Origin: Candidatus Saccharimonadota bacterium
GTDB lineage: Bacteria; Bacteroidota; Bacteroidia; Cytophagales; Amoebophilaceae
Direction of reading: 5' to 3'
DNA: 32,000 nt
Assembly: GCF_003351905.1 (NCBI RefSeq)
Contig: NZ_CP022339.1
Span: 1,071,594-1,103,593, forward strand
The notes under the pieces are model-generated. The model ran no database searches. It had not been told where the DNA came from and saw only the letters and a list, made by a program, of their open reading frames with translations. A program made the position numbers and the translations under genes. Below are positions 16,405 to 26,674 of this stretch, in pieces. Numbering within the stretch: position 1 is the first letter of the stretch; each line of letters starts with the position of its first letter.

Positions 16405-17346
16405 TTACCTGCGTGGTCTAACTACATTGTCTCTCATCATATCAGAACTCCAGTTTGTTTTCCAATATCCATTATTAGCGTTGTTATCATGTATGTGTTC
16501 ATTTATAATTCCTGCTATAGGTGGTTGGAAAGGTCTTAGGCATAAACATTGATCTATACCTTGAGGATCATTCCGCATATCTATATAATCTTTCCTTGAC
16601 CTCCAATAAGTACTAGCAGACACAACATTTCTATCAGTCTCTGTTCGAAATGTAATAAAAGGATCTAAATAATCTGTTTTTAAATCATGCAAAACTTTAG
16701 GAAGTTCTATCAAATATGAGTTGTCTTTAAGCAAATGATCAATGTTCAAAACAAAATTACGAGACCTTTCTTGATTACCATCAGCATAACAAACTTTCAT
16801 ATAAGGAGCTCTACCATTAGGTCTATTTTGATTATAAATTCTATCAAAATTTCTAGTAGGAATTTGATCAACTCCACAGAAATACTCACCCATCTGTACA
16901 CAGTCTAAATAAAAGACTCCATATTCCCTTCCACTAATTGTTCTAACTTCATATTTCCATGGTTTAGGGCAGTCAAAATTTTGATATGCACCATTCCAAA
17001 TATTTAAATTTGTATGATCCACTGACTTATTCAACCTAGCTCTTAAACTATTAAAAAATATATACCCGAGACCATTCTCCATGTTACTATTCTGATTTGG
17101 ATCATATTGATTATTACCAACAGTTAGGAATCCTTTTAATATAGCATTATTCCAGTAAGGTTCTACTATATTACTATAACGAGTCTGATATTTAGCTATA
17201 TTATGCCTCATTCTTTCTGAATCCGTGCTGATTGCGTCAAATGCATTATATCCTATTCTAGAATTACACGCAGAAAGTAACAGCAAAAAACAAGAAAAGA
17301 TATACCAACTTAATTTATTACTAACTTTTAATTTCAATAAAAACAT
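16405..17346 (-). CDS. Predicted lipoprotein of unknown function, Cys/Trp/Tyr/Asn-rich
   Basis: 313 aa with a lipobox-like LLLSAC after a hydrophobic N-terminus and seven further cysteines. I recognise no domain. Confidence 0.6.
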   Translation of the reverse strand: MFLLKLKVSNKLSWYIFSCFLLLLSACNSRIGYNAFDAISTDSERMRHNIAKYQTRYSNIVEPYWNNAILKGFLTVGNNQYDPNQNSNMENGLGYIFFNSLRARLNKSVDHTNLNIWNGAYQNFDCPKPWKYEVRTISGREYGVFYLDCVQMGEYFCGVDQIPTRNFDRIYNQNRPNGRAPYMKVCYADGNQERSRNFVLNIDHLLKDNSYLIELPKVLHDLKTDYLDPFITFRTETDRNVVSASTYWRSRKDYIDMRNDPQGIDQCLCLRPFQPPIAGIINEHIHDNNANNGYWKTNWSSDMMRDNVVRPRR

Positions 17347-17417
17347 TGCTTAAATTTAAATTTCAACATAAATAACGTGATACATATAAAATGTACAAGA
17401 TACTACCAATAAAACAG

Positions 17418-18113
17418 CTACTTTTTCTTTCTTCTCACCATATCCTCCTCAGACTCTTTAATTCCTTTATTTTCTCTCTTACAATATTCTATAAAATCAA
17501 CCATATTACTAGTACGAATTGATTCTACTGTATTATTTCGAAGTACTCTATAAATTTTTAAAGGCCTCTCTTTATGCTGAGTAGGTTGAAGATCTATATA
17601 ATAATACACCATGGCCTCATCCTCATCACCATCCTTATAATTATGCGCTTCGGAATGAGCAGCTATACATAAAGGTACATTAACTTGTTCTATTGCATCG
17701 CTACTACGTGGAAAAGAACAGTACATATCCATATACCTATCCACTTCACGTTGTGCTACTGGCTGTATCATCTCTTCAGATTGAGGAGTTTCAAAAGAAA
17801 AAATACGAAATGGATAACCTAGACCTAAACTTTCTAATCTAGAAGGATCATATTCAAGTAAAAAACTTTTATAACCATCAGGAAATTCATAACCTAACTC
17901 TATTTTAATCTTGTTATTAATCTGTCCTACAACGTTTACCCGTATTTGCCTTTCACTTGATACCTTACCAGATTTACTACTCTCACCAGGTTCTTTTTTG
18001 ATTTCTTGTTTAACTGGTTTCTTGTTATCCATTCTATTCATATTCATACCATTACAAGCACCGATTCCCGTACAAGCAAATAAATTCAAAGTATATAATA
18101 GCCTTGTTTTCAT
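17418..18113 (-). CDS. Predicted lipoprotein with SUKH/SMI1-KNR4-like domain
   Basis: 231 aa with N-terminal LNLFAC and GIGAC, then a K/E/S-rich linker. The pattern IELGYEFPDGYKSFLLEY...YYYIDL...MVDFIEY resembles the SUKH-1 pattern (LG..LP..YK.FL ... F.EFL). Confidence 0.45.
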   Translation of the reverse strand: MKTRLLYTLNLFACTGIGACNGMNMNRMDNKKPVKQEIKKEPGESSKSGKVSSERQIRVNVVGQINNKIKIELGYEFPDGYKSFLLEYDPSRLESLGLGYPFRIFSFETPQSEEMIQPVAQREVDRYMDMYCSFPRSSDAIEQVNVPLCIAAHSEAHNYKDGDEDEAMVYYYIDLQPTQHKERPLKIYRVLRNNTVESIRTSNMVDFIEYCKRENKGIKESEEDMVRRKKK

Positions 18114-18429
18114 AATTATATAAATTTTGTATTAAAAAACAGATATTCAAAACACAGATTAATTTTTAATATGTATTAATCTTAATTTGGATAAAGTGAG
18201 ATTATTGACTCTTGGTTACTGCCCACCTTAGTATCAATATTTTCTAAGATTACAAACAGACTTTAAGTATACAAAATAATATCCAAAAAATCATTATATT
18301 CTGATATAATACCTCATATTTATCTACTATAGAATAGATAAAATCTACGAGATAACACTAAAAGTAATCCAAAAAAGTAGTTAACACACCCTGCATTGCA
18401 AATAAAGGGCTTAAGATTACGGCATAAAT

Positions 18430-19776
18430 GGAAGTGTTCGATGAACTGTGTCAATTCCTAAAAGAGTTATAAATTAAATAATTAACGACTAAAGGTTTTT
18501 AGACATGGAAGAGCATATGAACAATGATTACGTTGGTTTAGTAGATTATAAAGATTTGGAGGAAAACATTTTGTCCTCTATCCGTTTAGGTAAGCCATTG
18601 ACAGGCAAAGGTGGGGCATTAACCCCTCTGATAAAAAGCTTCTAGAGGCGAGTCTAGAAGGTGAGATGGCCCATCATTTGTCTAGTGAGAGGATAGTAAA
18701 TAATCGAAGGAATGGTAAAAGTTGTAAAACTTTTCGTACAAGCTCTGGTTCCTTTGACTTGGTAACCCCTAGAGATAGAACAGGTAGTTTCGATCCACAA
18801 ATAGTTAAAAAGCGTCAAACAAATCTTCATCCTGAACTGGAAACCAAGATTTTAAGCATGTTTTCTAGTGGTATGAGCTATAAGTCTATAGCCGCTCATA
18901 TTGAAGAAATCTATGATCATAAAGTATCAGCTGCTGAAATATCGGCTATTACAGATAGCTTATTGCCAGTAATAAATGAATGGCGTAACCGTCCTCTTCA
19001 ATCGGTCTACCCCATAGTTTTTATGGATGGTATGTTTTTTAAGGTTAAAGAAGATGGGAAATGTGTAAGTAAATGTCTGTATACCTTATTAGGCATAGAT
19101 CAAGAGGGTAAAAAAGAAGTGTTAGGCTTCTATTTATCTGAAAGTGAGGGAGCTAATTTCTGGTTAGGTGTACTCAACGAGCTTAAGGCAAGGGGTGTAG
19201 AAGATATCCTTATTGCCTGTGTTGATGGACTAAAAAGCTTCCCTGCAGCCATTAATAACGCTTTTCCCAATGCACAGGTGCAGGTCTGTGTAGTACACCA
19301 GATACGCAATTCCATCAAGTATGTAGCTAGCAAAGATGTAAAACGTTTTTTAACTGATTTAAAGCAAGTATATCAAGCTTCAAATAAGGAAGTTGCAGAA
19401 CATTATCTATTGGAATTAGAAGAAAAATGGGGAGAAAAGTATCCAATGGTTATCAAATCTTGGCAAAACAACTGGGAGCATTTGTCTGGTTACTTTAAAT
19501 ATTCAGATCCTGTCAGAAGGCTAATTTATACGACCAATCCAATAGAAAGCCTCCATAGACAAATTAGACAGTTTACCAAAACAAAAGGGGCATTTACCAG
19601 TGTCAATGCTTTGTATAAATCAGTATATTGCGCTATCAAGAAGATGGAGGATAAATGGACTATGCCGCTCAGAAACTGGGCACTGACCATATCTCAGATA
19701 GACATCTTTTTTCCTGGAAGAGTCAAATCTGAGTTGACGTGAAGCCCGAAACTGACACAGTTAATTGAACACTTCC
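18430..19776 (+). mobile_element. IS256-family insertion sequence, copy B (1347 bp)
   Basis: The ends are ggaagtgttcgatgaactgtgtcaattcc (18430-) and ...gaaactgacacagttaattgaacacttcc (-19776), with IRs matching at 25/29. There is no flanking direct repeat (gcataaat versus tcttaaaa). Confidence 0.9.
18505..19742 (+). pseudogene. IS256-family transposase with a -1 frameshift in an A-run
   Basis: The ATG 18505 frame reads MEEHMNND...TPLIKSF then TAG at 18643-18645. The rest continues in another frame (tracked ORF 18666..19742). Copy B has A5 (18633-18637) where copy C has the equivalent of A6 (T6 at 22098-22103). Confidence 0.9.
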
Positions 19777-20220
19777 TCTTAAAAAATTAGGTGTAATTCC
19801 ACTTATAAGAAGCTCAATGCCATCTGCTAAATTAGTAATGTTTCTTGAGATTTTTCCTGATAAATTATCCTGATAAAACTGATGAGGTTTTCCCAGCACA
19901 TGATCCATCATTTTTTCAATGATGTTATTAATAATAGCAGGCATAAATTTACAACGTATATAACCTACTCCTCTCCAAGTAAAATTATCCAATACGATAA
20001 AATTCAGAACAATCAAGCTTGATGATAATGTTAAAATTGAAATATCTCTATCCTGCACATGTGGCAGAAGATTAATGACGTTCTTAATCAGTATGCTGTT
20101 AAATGGTCCCCAAAGACCAGCAGCAACTGCAAGTAAGATATAAATAATAGCAATAGATTTATGTGGTCTTAAAAAATGGCAGATAAACTGAAAGAGTGTC
20201 TTGGGCAATAGATGTTGCAT
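19777..20220 (-). pseudogene. ABC exporter (MsbA-like transmembrane domain), N-terminal fragment truncated by IS256 copy B
   Basis: The first ~148 aa (TM helices, then FYQDNLSGKISRNITNLADGIELLIS) resemble an ABC_membrane domain. The tracked ORF then reads into the IS end. Confidence 0.6.
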
Positions 20221-20560
20221 CTTAAAGCTTGATTTCGAGATTAGAGGATAAAAATTGCGTTAAACAACGCTCTCCTATCCTATGTGTTTTTATTTATATT
20301 TGAGTATTTAAATATGTCCATTAACAAATGAGTCGATTGTCGAGTTCGGTAGAAATTTTCTAAATTCACATATAATATCTATATAAGTTTCTCAATATGA
20401 GGACAAGATAAACCATTGAGTAAAATGTATTAGGCAATAAAATAGCGGGTGCAATATAATAAATTCCCTCATTATAATTGACCAATAATTCCCTTATGCA
20501 AGGGAGCAGTGTTACCGCTCTGATTGACCAATCAGGTGATAGTGAATTATAAAAATATAA

Positions 20561-20974
20561 ATGCGTAATATGAGTACGACACTAGAGATTGCTATTTTTC
20601 TTTCTATGAATGGCATGGCACAAGAGGCCATATATTTCTACAAAAAGTATTTCAATGCACAAGAACTATTACTTGTGACTTACAAGGATATCGCAAAAAG
20701 AGACCCCTCAATACAAATTACCAATGAAAATGAAAATTATATTGCCCATTCTGTTCTATCAATTGGAAAAACCAAAGTAATGATTGCAGAAAACATAATG
20801 GACATTAATGAAAAATATAAAGTTGGTAATAATACATCATTATGTATTCAAAGTGCCGATTTAAAAGAAATTGCGTTTTTTTATAAAAGTTTAATTACTG
20901 ATAATAGAGTTAGGGTTATAGTTCCATTATCTAAAAATGTGTTTAGCGAGGCATATGGGGAAGTGTTCAATTAA
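20561..20974 (+). pseudogene. PhnB/YjdN-like VOC (glyoxalase-fold) protein, C-terminally truncated by IS256 copy C
   Basis: NGMAQEAIYFYKKYFNAQ...AHSVLSIG...SEAYGEV resembles PhnB-like proteins. The last codons and the stop (gaa gtg ttc aat taa) are supplied by the IS terminus starting at 20959. Confidence 0.55.
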
Positions 20975-22306
20975 CTGTGTCAGTTTCGGGCTTCACGTCA
21001 ACTCAGATTTGACTCTTCCAGGAAAAAAGATGTCTATCTGAGATATGGTCAGTGCCCAGTTTCTGAGCGGCATAGTCCATTTATCCTCCATCTTCTTGAT
21101 AGCGCAATATACTGATTTATACAAAGCATTGACACTGGTAAATGCCCCTTTTGTTTTGGTAAACTGTCTAATTTGTCTATGGAGGCTTTCTATTGGATTG
21201 GTCGTATAAATTAGCCTTCTGACAGGATCTGAATATTTAAAGTAACCAGACAAATGCTCCCAGTTGTTTTGCCAAGATTTGATAACCATTGGATACTTTT
21301 CTCCCCATTTTTCTTCTAATTCCAATAGATAATGTTCTGCAACTTCCTTATTTGAAGCTTGATATACTTGCTTTAAATCAGTTAAAAAACGTTTTACATC
21401 TTTGCTAGCTACATACTTGATGGAATTGCGTATCTGGTGTACTACACAGACCTGCACCTGTGCATTGGGAAAAGCGTTATTAATGGCTGCAGGGAAGCTT
21501 TTTAGTCCATCAACACAGGCAATAAGGATATCTTCTACACCCCTTGCCTTAAGCTCGTTGAGTACACCTAACCAGAAATTAGCTCCCTCACTTTCAGATA
21601 AATAGAAGCCTAACACTTCTTTTTTACCCTCTTGATCTATGCCTAATAAGGTATACAGACATTTACTTACACATTTCCCATCTTCTTTAACCTTAAAAAA
21701 CATACCATCCATAAAAACTATGGGGTAGACCGATTGAAGAGGACGGTTACGCCATTCATTTATTACTGGCAATAAGCTATCTGTAATAGCCGATATTTCA
21801 GCAGCTGATACTTTATGATCATAGATTTCTTCAATATGAGCGGCTATAGACTTATAGCTCATACCACTAGAAAACATGCTTAAAATCTTGGTTTCCAGTT
21901 CAGGATGAAGATTTGTTTGACGCTTTTTAACTATTTGTGGATCGAAACTACCTGTTCTATCTCTAGGGGTTACCAAGTCAAAGGAACCAGAGCTTGTACG
22001 AAAAGTTTTACAACTTTTACCATTCCTTCGATTATTTACTATCCTCTCACTAGACAAATGATGGGCCATCTCACCTTCTAGACTCGCCTCTAGAAGCTTT
22101 TTTATCAGAGGGGTTAATGCCCCACCTTTGCCTGTCAATGGCTTACCTAAACGGATAGAGGACAAAATGTTTTCCTCCAAATCTTTATAATCTACTAAAC
22201 CAACGTAATCATTGTTCATATGCTCTTCCATGTCTAAAAACCTTTAGTCGTTAATTATTTAATTTATAACTCTTTTAGGAATTGACACAGTTCATCGAAC
22301 ACTTCC
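20959..22306 (-). mobile_element. IS256-family insertion sequence, copy C (1348 bp, intact)
   Basis: It has the same termini as copy B in opposite orientation. There is no flanking direct repeat (gcatatgg versus tccacatc). Confidence 0.9.
20993..22231 (-). CDS. IS256-family transposase, full length
   Basis: Uninterrupted 412-aa ORF. The protein is identical to copies A and B over all shared residues. Confidence 0.95.
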   Translation of the reverse strand: MEEHMNNDYVGLVDYKDLEENILSSIRLGKPLTGKGGALTPLIKKLLEASLEGEMAHHLSSERIVNNRRNGKSCKTFRTSSGSFDLVTPRDRTGSFDPQIVKKRQTNLHPELETKILSMFSSGMSYKSIAAHIEEIYDHKVSAAEISAITDSLLPVINEWRNRPLQSVYPIVFMDGMFFKVKEDGKCVSKCLYTLLGIDQEGKKEVLGFYLSESEGANFWLGVLNELKARGVEDILIACVDGLKSFPAAINNAFPNAQVQVCVVHQIRNSIKYVASKDVKRFLTDLKQVYQASNKEVAEHYLLELEEKWGEKYPMVIKSWQNNWEHLSGYFKYSDPVRRLIYTTNPIESLHRQIRQFTKTKGAFTSVNALYKSVYCAIKKMEDKWTMPLRNWALTISQIDIFFPGRVKSELT

Positions 22307-22518
22307 TCCACATCTCAATCAAAATAAACCTTAACAACGAAATATTTTTATCACAAAAAATTTGCTTATTAACATAGTGCGTGTAAATATTATTTAGGTT
22401 GTATATTTCCTTAGATTTTAACGCTTAAACACAAAGACCCATTTATTAGGATAAATTTTTATAAATTTTGTTTCCTACTTTTTCCCATTTGCTAGCCCCC
22501 ATTTTTTAAATACCTAAG

Positions 22519-23266
22519 CTAGACATTCATAGGTTTTTGATAATTAATGCTAGAATGAAATCTTTGATAATTATACTTGGTAATGTAACTGTTAATTCCC
22601 GCTTTTAGCGCTTTAATATTTTTAAAATCATTTATAATGATGCAATTATATTTTAGCGTTCTAAAAAATCTTTCCATCACAATATTATCAATACTTCTAC
22701 CCCTGCCATTCATGGAGATTTTAATATTATGATTTTTTAATGGCTTTACTATGCCAGTTATAATAGCTGAATTGATTGTATATATATCGATAACCATATT
22801 CGGGGTGTTCCCTATAAACTGAATCTGTTTTTTTAAAAAATCTGAATTACAATTATATTTGTAATATATTAAAGAGCGATTTATCGATAATAACACACAT
22901 TGTCTTGCCTTGGGTAAGTTGGGAAGCTTGGATCTGACAAGACTTTTCTTACTTAATAAATCCAAGCTCTTTAGCTTTCCCACTACCCAATCTCGCTCAA
23001 CTGTAGCCTTGCCTAAGGCTTTAGCAAAGTTCATCATTTTGATGCTTAAGAGTCTGTATTTCATCCTTATAAACGCTAACAACTTTGGATGGATCAAAGG
23101 CTACTGAAGCATTTTCTAAAAACTGACGTTTCCAATTTTGAATAGTTTTACTAGTGACACCATACTTGGACGATAACTAAACTAGCGTTAAATCTTCTTT
23201 TAGTAAAGCTAATATTATTTTAGTCTTTTCTTCCGAACTAAAATTTCTAATCTTATTTCTGACCAT
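22519..23266 (-). pseudogene. Degenerate IS3-family transposase (orfA plus remnant of orfB)
   Basis: From ATG 23266 it reads MVRNKIRNFSSEEKTKIILALLKEDLTLV(TAG)LSSKYGVTSKTIQNWKRQF.... A frame change near 23040 leads to AKALGKATVERDWVVGKLK, and the end reads ISMNGRGRSIDNIVMERFFRTLKY...YNYQRFHSSINYQKP. Most of the DDE core is missing. Confidence 0.7.
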
Positions 23267-23423
23267 TTGATAACTGTATTTTACACATGATTAAACTAAA
23301 ATATACAGAAACAAATTATCATTTTTTTTGTCCGATTTTTTCAGTCCATTATACTTTATGTTCATTCAAGCCCGATGGTCCAACTAACTTTTGGATAGAC
23401 TTTTACCTATTTTTTTTAGATTT

Positions 23424-24707
23424 TTATTTGGTATTGCAACGGCCTGGGTATATGGATTTAAGGATATTTCTAATTTTATCATAAGCCTCCTCGAGTTCGG
23501 AGGTGTTTGTTGAATAAGGTGGTAATAGATAAACAGAATTACCAAGAGGTCTGATTAAAAGTCCCTGTTCTAAGCATTTTCTTTTTAAGGTTTGTGCCTC
23601 ATGAACATCAAACGCTGCTATTGTACCAGTGACACGTCTTTGTCTTGCTGGTAAATCTGCTAAGCCTTTTCTATGTGCATTATTGATTGCCTGAATGGAT
23701 TCCATAGTACTTTGTTTAAGTAATAAGTCTAAGGAAGCAAGTGCTGCTGCACAACCTAAAGGATTGGCAGTATAAGAATGACCATGAGCAAAAGCTTTGT
23801 TGAATTTCTCGTCCAAAAACGCTGAATAAACTTTCTCAGTAGTAACTGTTAAAGCAAGCGGTAAAAAGCCTCCTGTTAATCCTTTAGCAAGACATAAAAA
23901 ATCGGGTATAATTTTAACTTGTTCAAAAGAGAAGTAAGTACCAGTACGTCCAAAACCAGTCATTACCTCATCAAAAATTACCAAAATTTCATACCTACGT
24001 ACTAAACTAACCACTTTTTTAACAAACTCTGGACGACACATTTTCATCCCGTTTGCTCCCTGTATTAAACGTTCTACAATTAATGCAGCAATTTTATCAG
24101 CACTATTATTTAAGTGGTGCTCTAGTGCTGTAAGTGCATAAGTTTCCTTATTCTGTATTTCTTCATCTCGATCCCAAGTTTCAGGAAAAGGAATTGTCAA
24201 AACCGAGAAAAATAAATCTGAGAATATATCATGAAAACCAGATTTTAAACCTATACTCATTGCACCAAATGTATCGCCATGATATCCACCATTAAAACTT
24301 AAAAATATAGTTCTTTTAAGATCACCCTGGTTGCGCCAGTACTGGTAAGCCATTTTTAGTGCTACTTCAACGGCAGTAGAACCATTATCTGAAAAAAAGA
24401 ACTTAGAGAGCCCTGGTAATAAAGAATGTAATTTTTCACAAAGTTTGACAGCAGGCTCATGGGTAAATCCAGCAAAAATCACATGTTCTAGACTGATACT
24501 TTGGTTATATATAGCTTTAGCAATATCAGGATGCGCATGACCATGTAGATTTACCCACCAACTAGAGATGAGATCTAGATATGGCTTGTTTTGCTCATCA
24601 TAAATATATGATCCATATGCTCTTTTAATTGCAATTCGATGTTCAGCTATCTTTTCTTGTGTAAATGGATGCCATATAATTTTTTTATCACGCTCATTTA
24701 GATTCAT
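23424..24707 (-). CDS. bioA: Adenosylmethionine-8-amino-7-oxononanoate aminotransferase
   Basis: 427 aa. The class-III aminotransferase pattern (IWHPFTQ...SSWWVNLHGH...GGYHGDTFGAMS...DEVMTGFGRTG) is typical of BioA. It has a 4-nt overlap with bioD. Confidence 0.93.
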   Translation of the reverse strand: MNLNERDKKIIWHPFTQEKIAEHRIAIKRAYGSYIYDEQNKPYLDLISSWWVNLHGHAHPDIAKAIYNQSISLEHVIFAGFTHEPAVKLCEKLHSLLPGLSKFFFSDNGSTAVEVALKMAYQYWRNQGDLKRTIFLSFNGGYHGDTFGAMSIGLKSGFHDIFSDLFFSVLTIPFPETWDRDEEIQNKETYALTALEHHLNNSADKIAALIVERLIQGANGMKMCRPEFVKKVVSLVRRYEILVIFDEVMTGFGRTGTYFSFEQVKIIPDFLCLAKGLTGGFLPLALTVTTEKVYSAFLDEKFNKAFAHGHSYTANPLGCAAALASLDLLLKQSTMESIQAINNAHRKGLADLPARQRRVTGTIAAFDVHEAQTLKRKCLEQGLLIRPLGNSVYLLPPYSTNTSELEEAYDKIRNILKSIYPGRCNTK

Positions 24708-25318
24708 ATAATATTAAAAATTGTTTGTAATTCAACTAAAAATGGAACTTTTATTAAGTTCTCTTTGCTTATATGCTGCAGTGTAGGAATTGATGCTAAT
24801 ACCTTCACTTTACCATAAAATTCTATTGCTTTAAGATTATCCTTATTATATTGCCCATTTAAAATTATCCCTAGTATGCTGATATTTCTTGCACGTAATG
24901 CTTCTAAACTTAGTAATGTATGATTAATTGTACCGATCGTAGACCGAGCAACTAAGATTACTGGTGTAGCACACTTCTTAATTAGATCGACCATAAATAT
25001 AGTCTCATTAATTGGAACAAGAATTCCTCCAGCCCCTTCTATAATTAAGTTGCTTACTTTAGGTAAAGTTATCTCTTCGATATCAATCTTCCTGCATTCA
25101 ATTGATGCTGCCAAATGAGGGGATGATTCTTTTTCAAAAAGAAAATCTTCTTTATAAACATTAGTACCTGTTAACTTATTCACTTCATGACTATCTGTAC
25201 CTAAAGTACTTCCGGTTTGAATAGGTTTGAAATAATGGTAACCAGTATGTAAGCAAAGCCAGCTACTTATAATAGTCTTACCAACATCTGTATCTGTTCC
25301 TGTTACAAATATTTTCAT
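24704..25318 (-). CDS. bioD: Dethiobiotin synthetase
   Basis: 204 aa with the N-terminal P-loop FVTGTDTDVGKT and EGAGG motif. Confidence 0.9.
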   Translation of the reverse strand: MKIFVTGTDTDVGKTIISSWLCLHTGYHYFKPIQTGSTLGTDSHEVNKLTGTNVYKEDFLFEKESSPHLAASIECRKIDIEEITLPKVSNLIIEGAGGILVPINETIFMVDLIKKCATPVILVARSTIGTINHTLLSLEALRARNISILGIILNGQYNKDNLKAIEFYGKVKVLASIPTLQHISKENLIKVPFLVELQTIFNII

Positions 25319-26058
25319 TTGCTTAAAATTCCAAAAAATACTTTGTAGGTGATGTTAATTTTATCTGTATAAGTTTTAATAATCTTCTTTAAATCACTTA
25401 CCAGAATTTGCTGGTTGCTATAGTTTGCTCCTAAATTATTTAGGTATTTTATAAAGCTACTTGAGTTTGAAAATGCTAGATGAAATTCCTGTGAATTGAA
25501 AAAGCACTTACTTGGGGTTAAGGAAAGTAAATAATCCTCTAATGCTTGTCTAGATGGGTACTGATGGGTTGGTGTAGGTAGTGAGGACTCTATAAAAATT
25601 TTAGACCATTCACTAAATGTACCATCCAGTAGAGACGAAAAAGCAAAAATACGTGAGTGTTCATAAAACTTTTTTATTACTTTATTATGGTCGTTTACCC
25701 ATTGAAGTGCTAGATTCGAGATAACAAGATCATGAAAATCAAAATTCTGTATTTCCATATCACCTAAAATAAATTCGACTTTTTTATTTTCCAGTTTCTT
25801 TTTTGCTTGAGCAAGCATATTGGGTGATAGGTCATTTATAGTGAATTGGCTTTCAGGAAAATAACAAGACAATATTTTTGGAATATATCCAGTACCTGTA
25901 CCCAGGTCTAAAATAGAATCTGGATAGAACGTAGCAGCGTACTTTTTTAAATAATTAACCAGCTCTATGGCACATTTTTTTTGAATTGAAGCAACAGAAT
26001 CATAGGATGAGCTTGCTCTGTCAAAATTACTCTTTATGTGTGCTTTCTGAAATACCAT
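25315..26058 (-). CDS. bioC: Malonyl-ACP O-methyltransferase
   Basis: 247 aa with the SAM-binding motif ILDLGTGTGY. It sits between bioH and bioD. Confidence 0.8.
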   Translation of the reverse strand: MVFQKAHIKSNFDRASSSYDSVASIQKKCAIELVNYLKKYAATFYPDSILDLGTGTGYIPKILSCYFPESQFTINDLSPNMLAQAKKKLENKKVEFILGDMEIQNFDFHDLVISNLALQWVNDHNKVIKKFYEHSRIFAFSSLLDGTFSEWSKIFIESSLPTPTHQYPSRQALEDYLLSLTPSKCFFNSQEFHLAFSNSSSFIKYLNNLGANYSNQQILVSDLKKIIKTYTDKINITYKVFFGILSK

Positions 26059-26674
26059 CTACAAAACTTATAATTTGTTCATGTACAAAATGACGTCCAT
26101 ATAAGCCTAAGGAATGATAACCTTCATTGTGCACTACAACCCTAACGTACTTACTAAAATTGTCAAATACAAGCTCTGTAGGTACAATCGTATCATTTTT
26201 TGAACCTATTATTAATAGTGGTATATCCGGCAAAGGATATGCTGCAGTCAGCAACTCTAAATCTTTCATTAATTTAATTTTATTAAGACAGTTAGAAATG
26301 TCATAATTTATGCCACAACGTTTATGGAAAGATGCTAGCGTATCTATGGGGGTTATCTGAAAGTGCTTTATCATTGTTTTAAGTTCTAATTTTCTTTTTT
26401 TATGTAATTCTGAATCAAATCCTAAAAAATTAATAAAAGCGTGTATCCCAATAAGAGCTGTGAATTTTACCTTTAATGAGATTAATTTTATAAATCCAAG
26501 AGAATGGCCAACACCAATCAGTGTATTGTTACTTGGTAATCTTAAGTTTTCTTTTCCAAAATAACCAAGGTCTAAGCAATAGCAGCAAAGATTTGAAAAA
26601 TATTCTTTTATAAGAGGCTCAAAAAACTTGTGGTCAAATCCCCAACCGTGACAAAATATAAAGCAGGGTTTCAT
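26027..26674 (-). CDS. bioH: Pimeloyl-ACP methyl ester esterase (alpha/beta hydrolase)
   Basis: 215 aa with the HGWG oxyanion motif, the nucleophile elbow GHSLG and a C-terminal H. It sits between bioF and bioC. Confidence 0.75.
   Translation of the reverse strand: MKPCFIFCHGWGFDHKFFEPLIKEYFSNLCCYCLDLGYFGKENLRLPSNNTLIGVGHSLGFIKLISLKVKFTALIGIHAFINFLGFDSELHKKRKLELKTMIKHFQITPIDTLASFHKRCGINYDISNCLNKIKLMKDLELLTAAYPLPDIPLLIIGSKNDTIVPTELVFDNFSKYVRVVVHNEGYHSLGLYGRHFVHEQIISFVDGISESTHKE

Noticed and set aside
23287-23484. A 65-aa plus-strand ORF between the IS3 remnant and bioA.
   Set aside because: It overlaps the 3' end of bioA on the opposite strand and a probable IS3 terminus. The translation is hydrophobic and low complexity with no motif.
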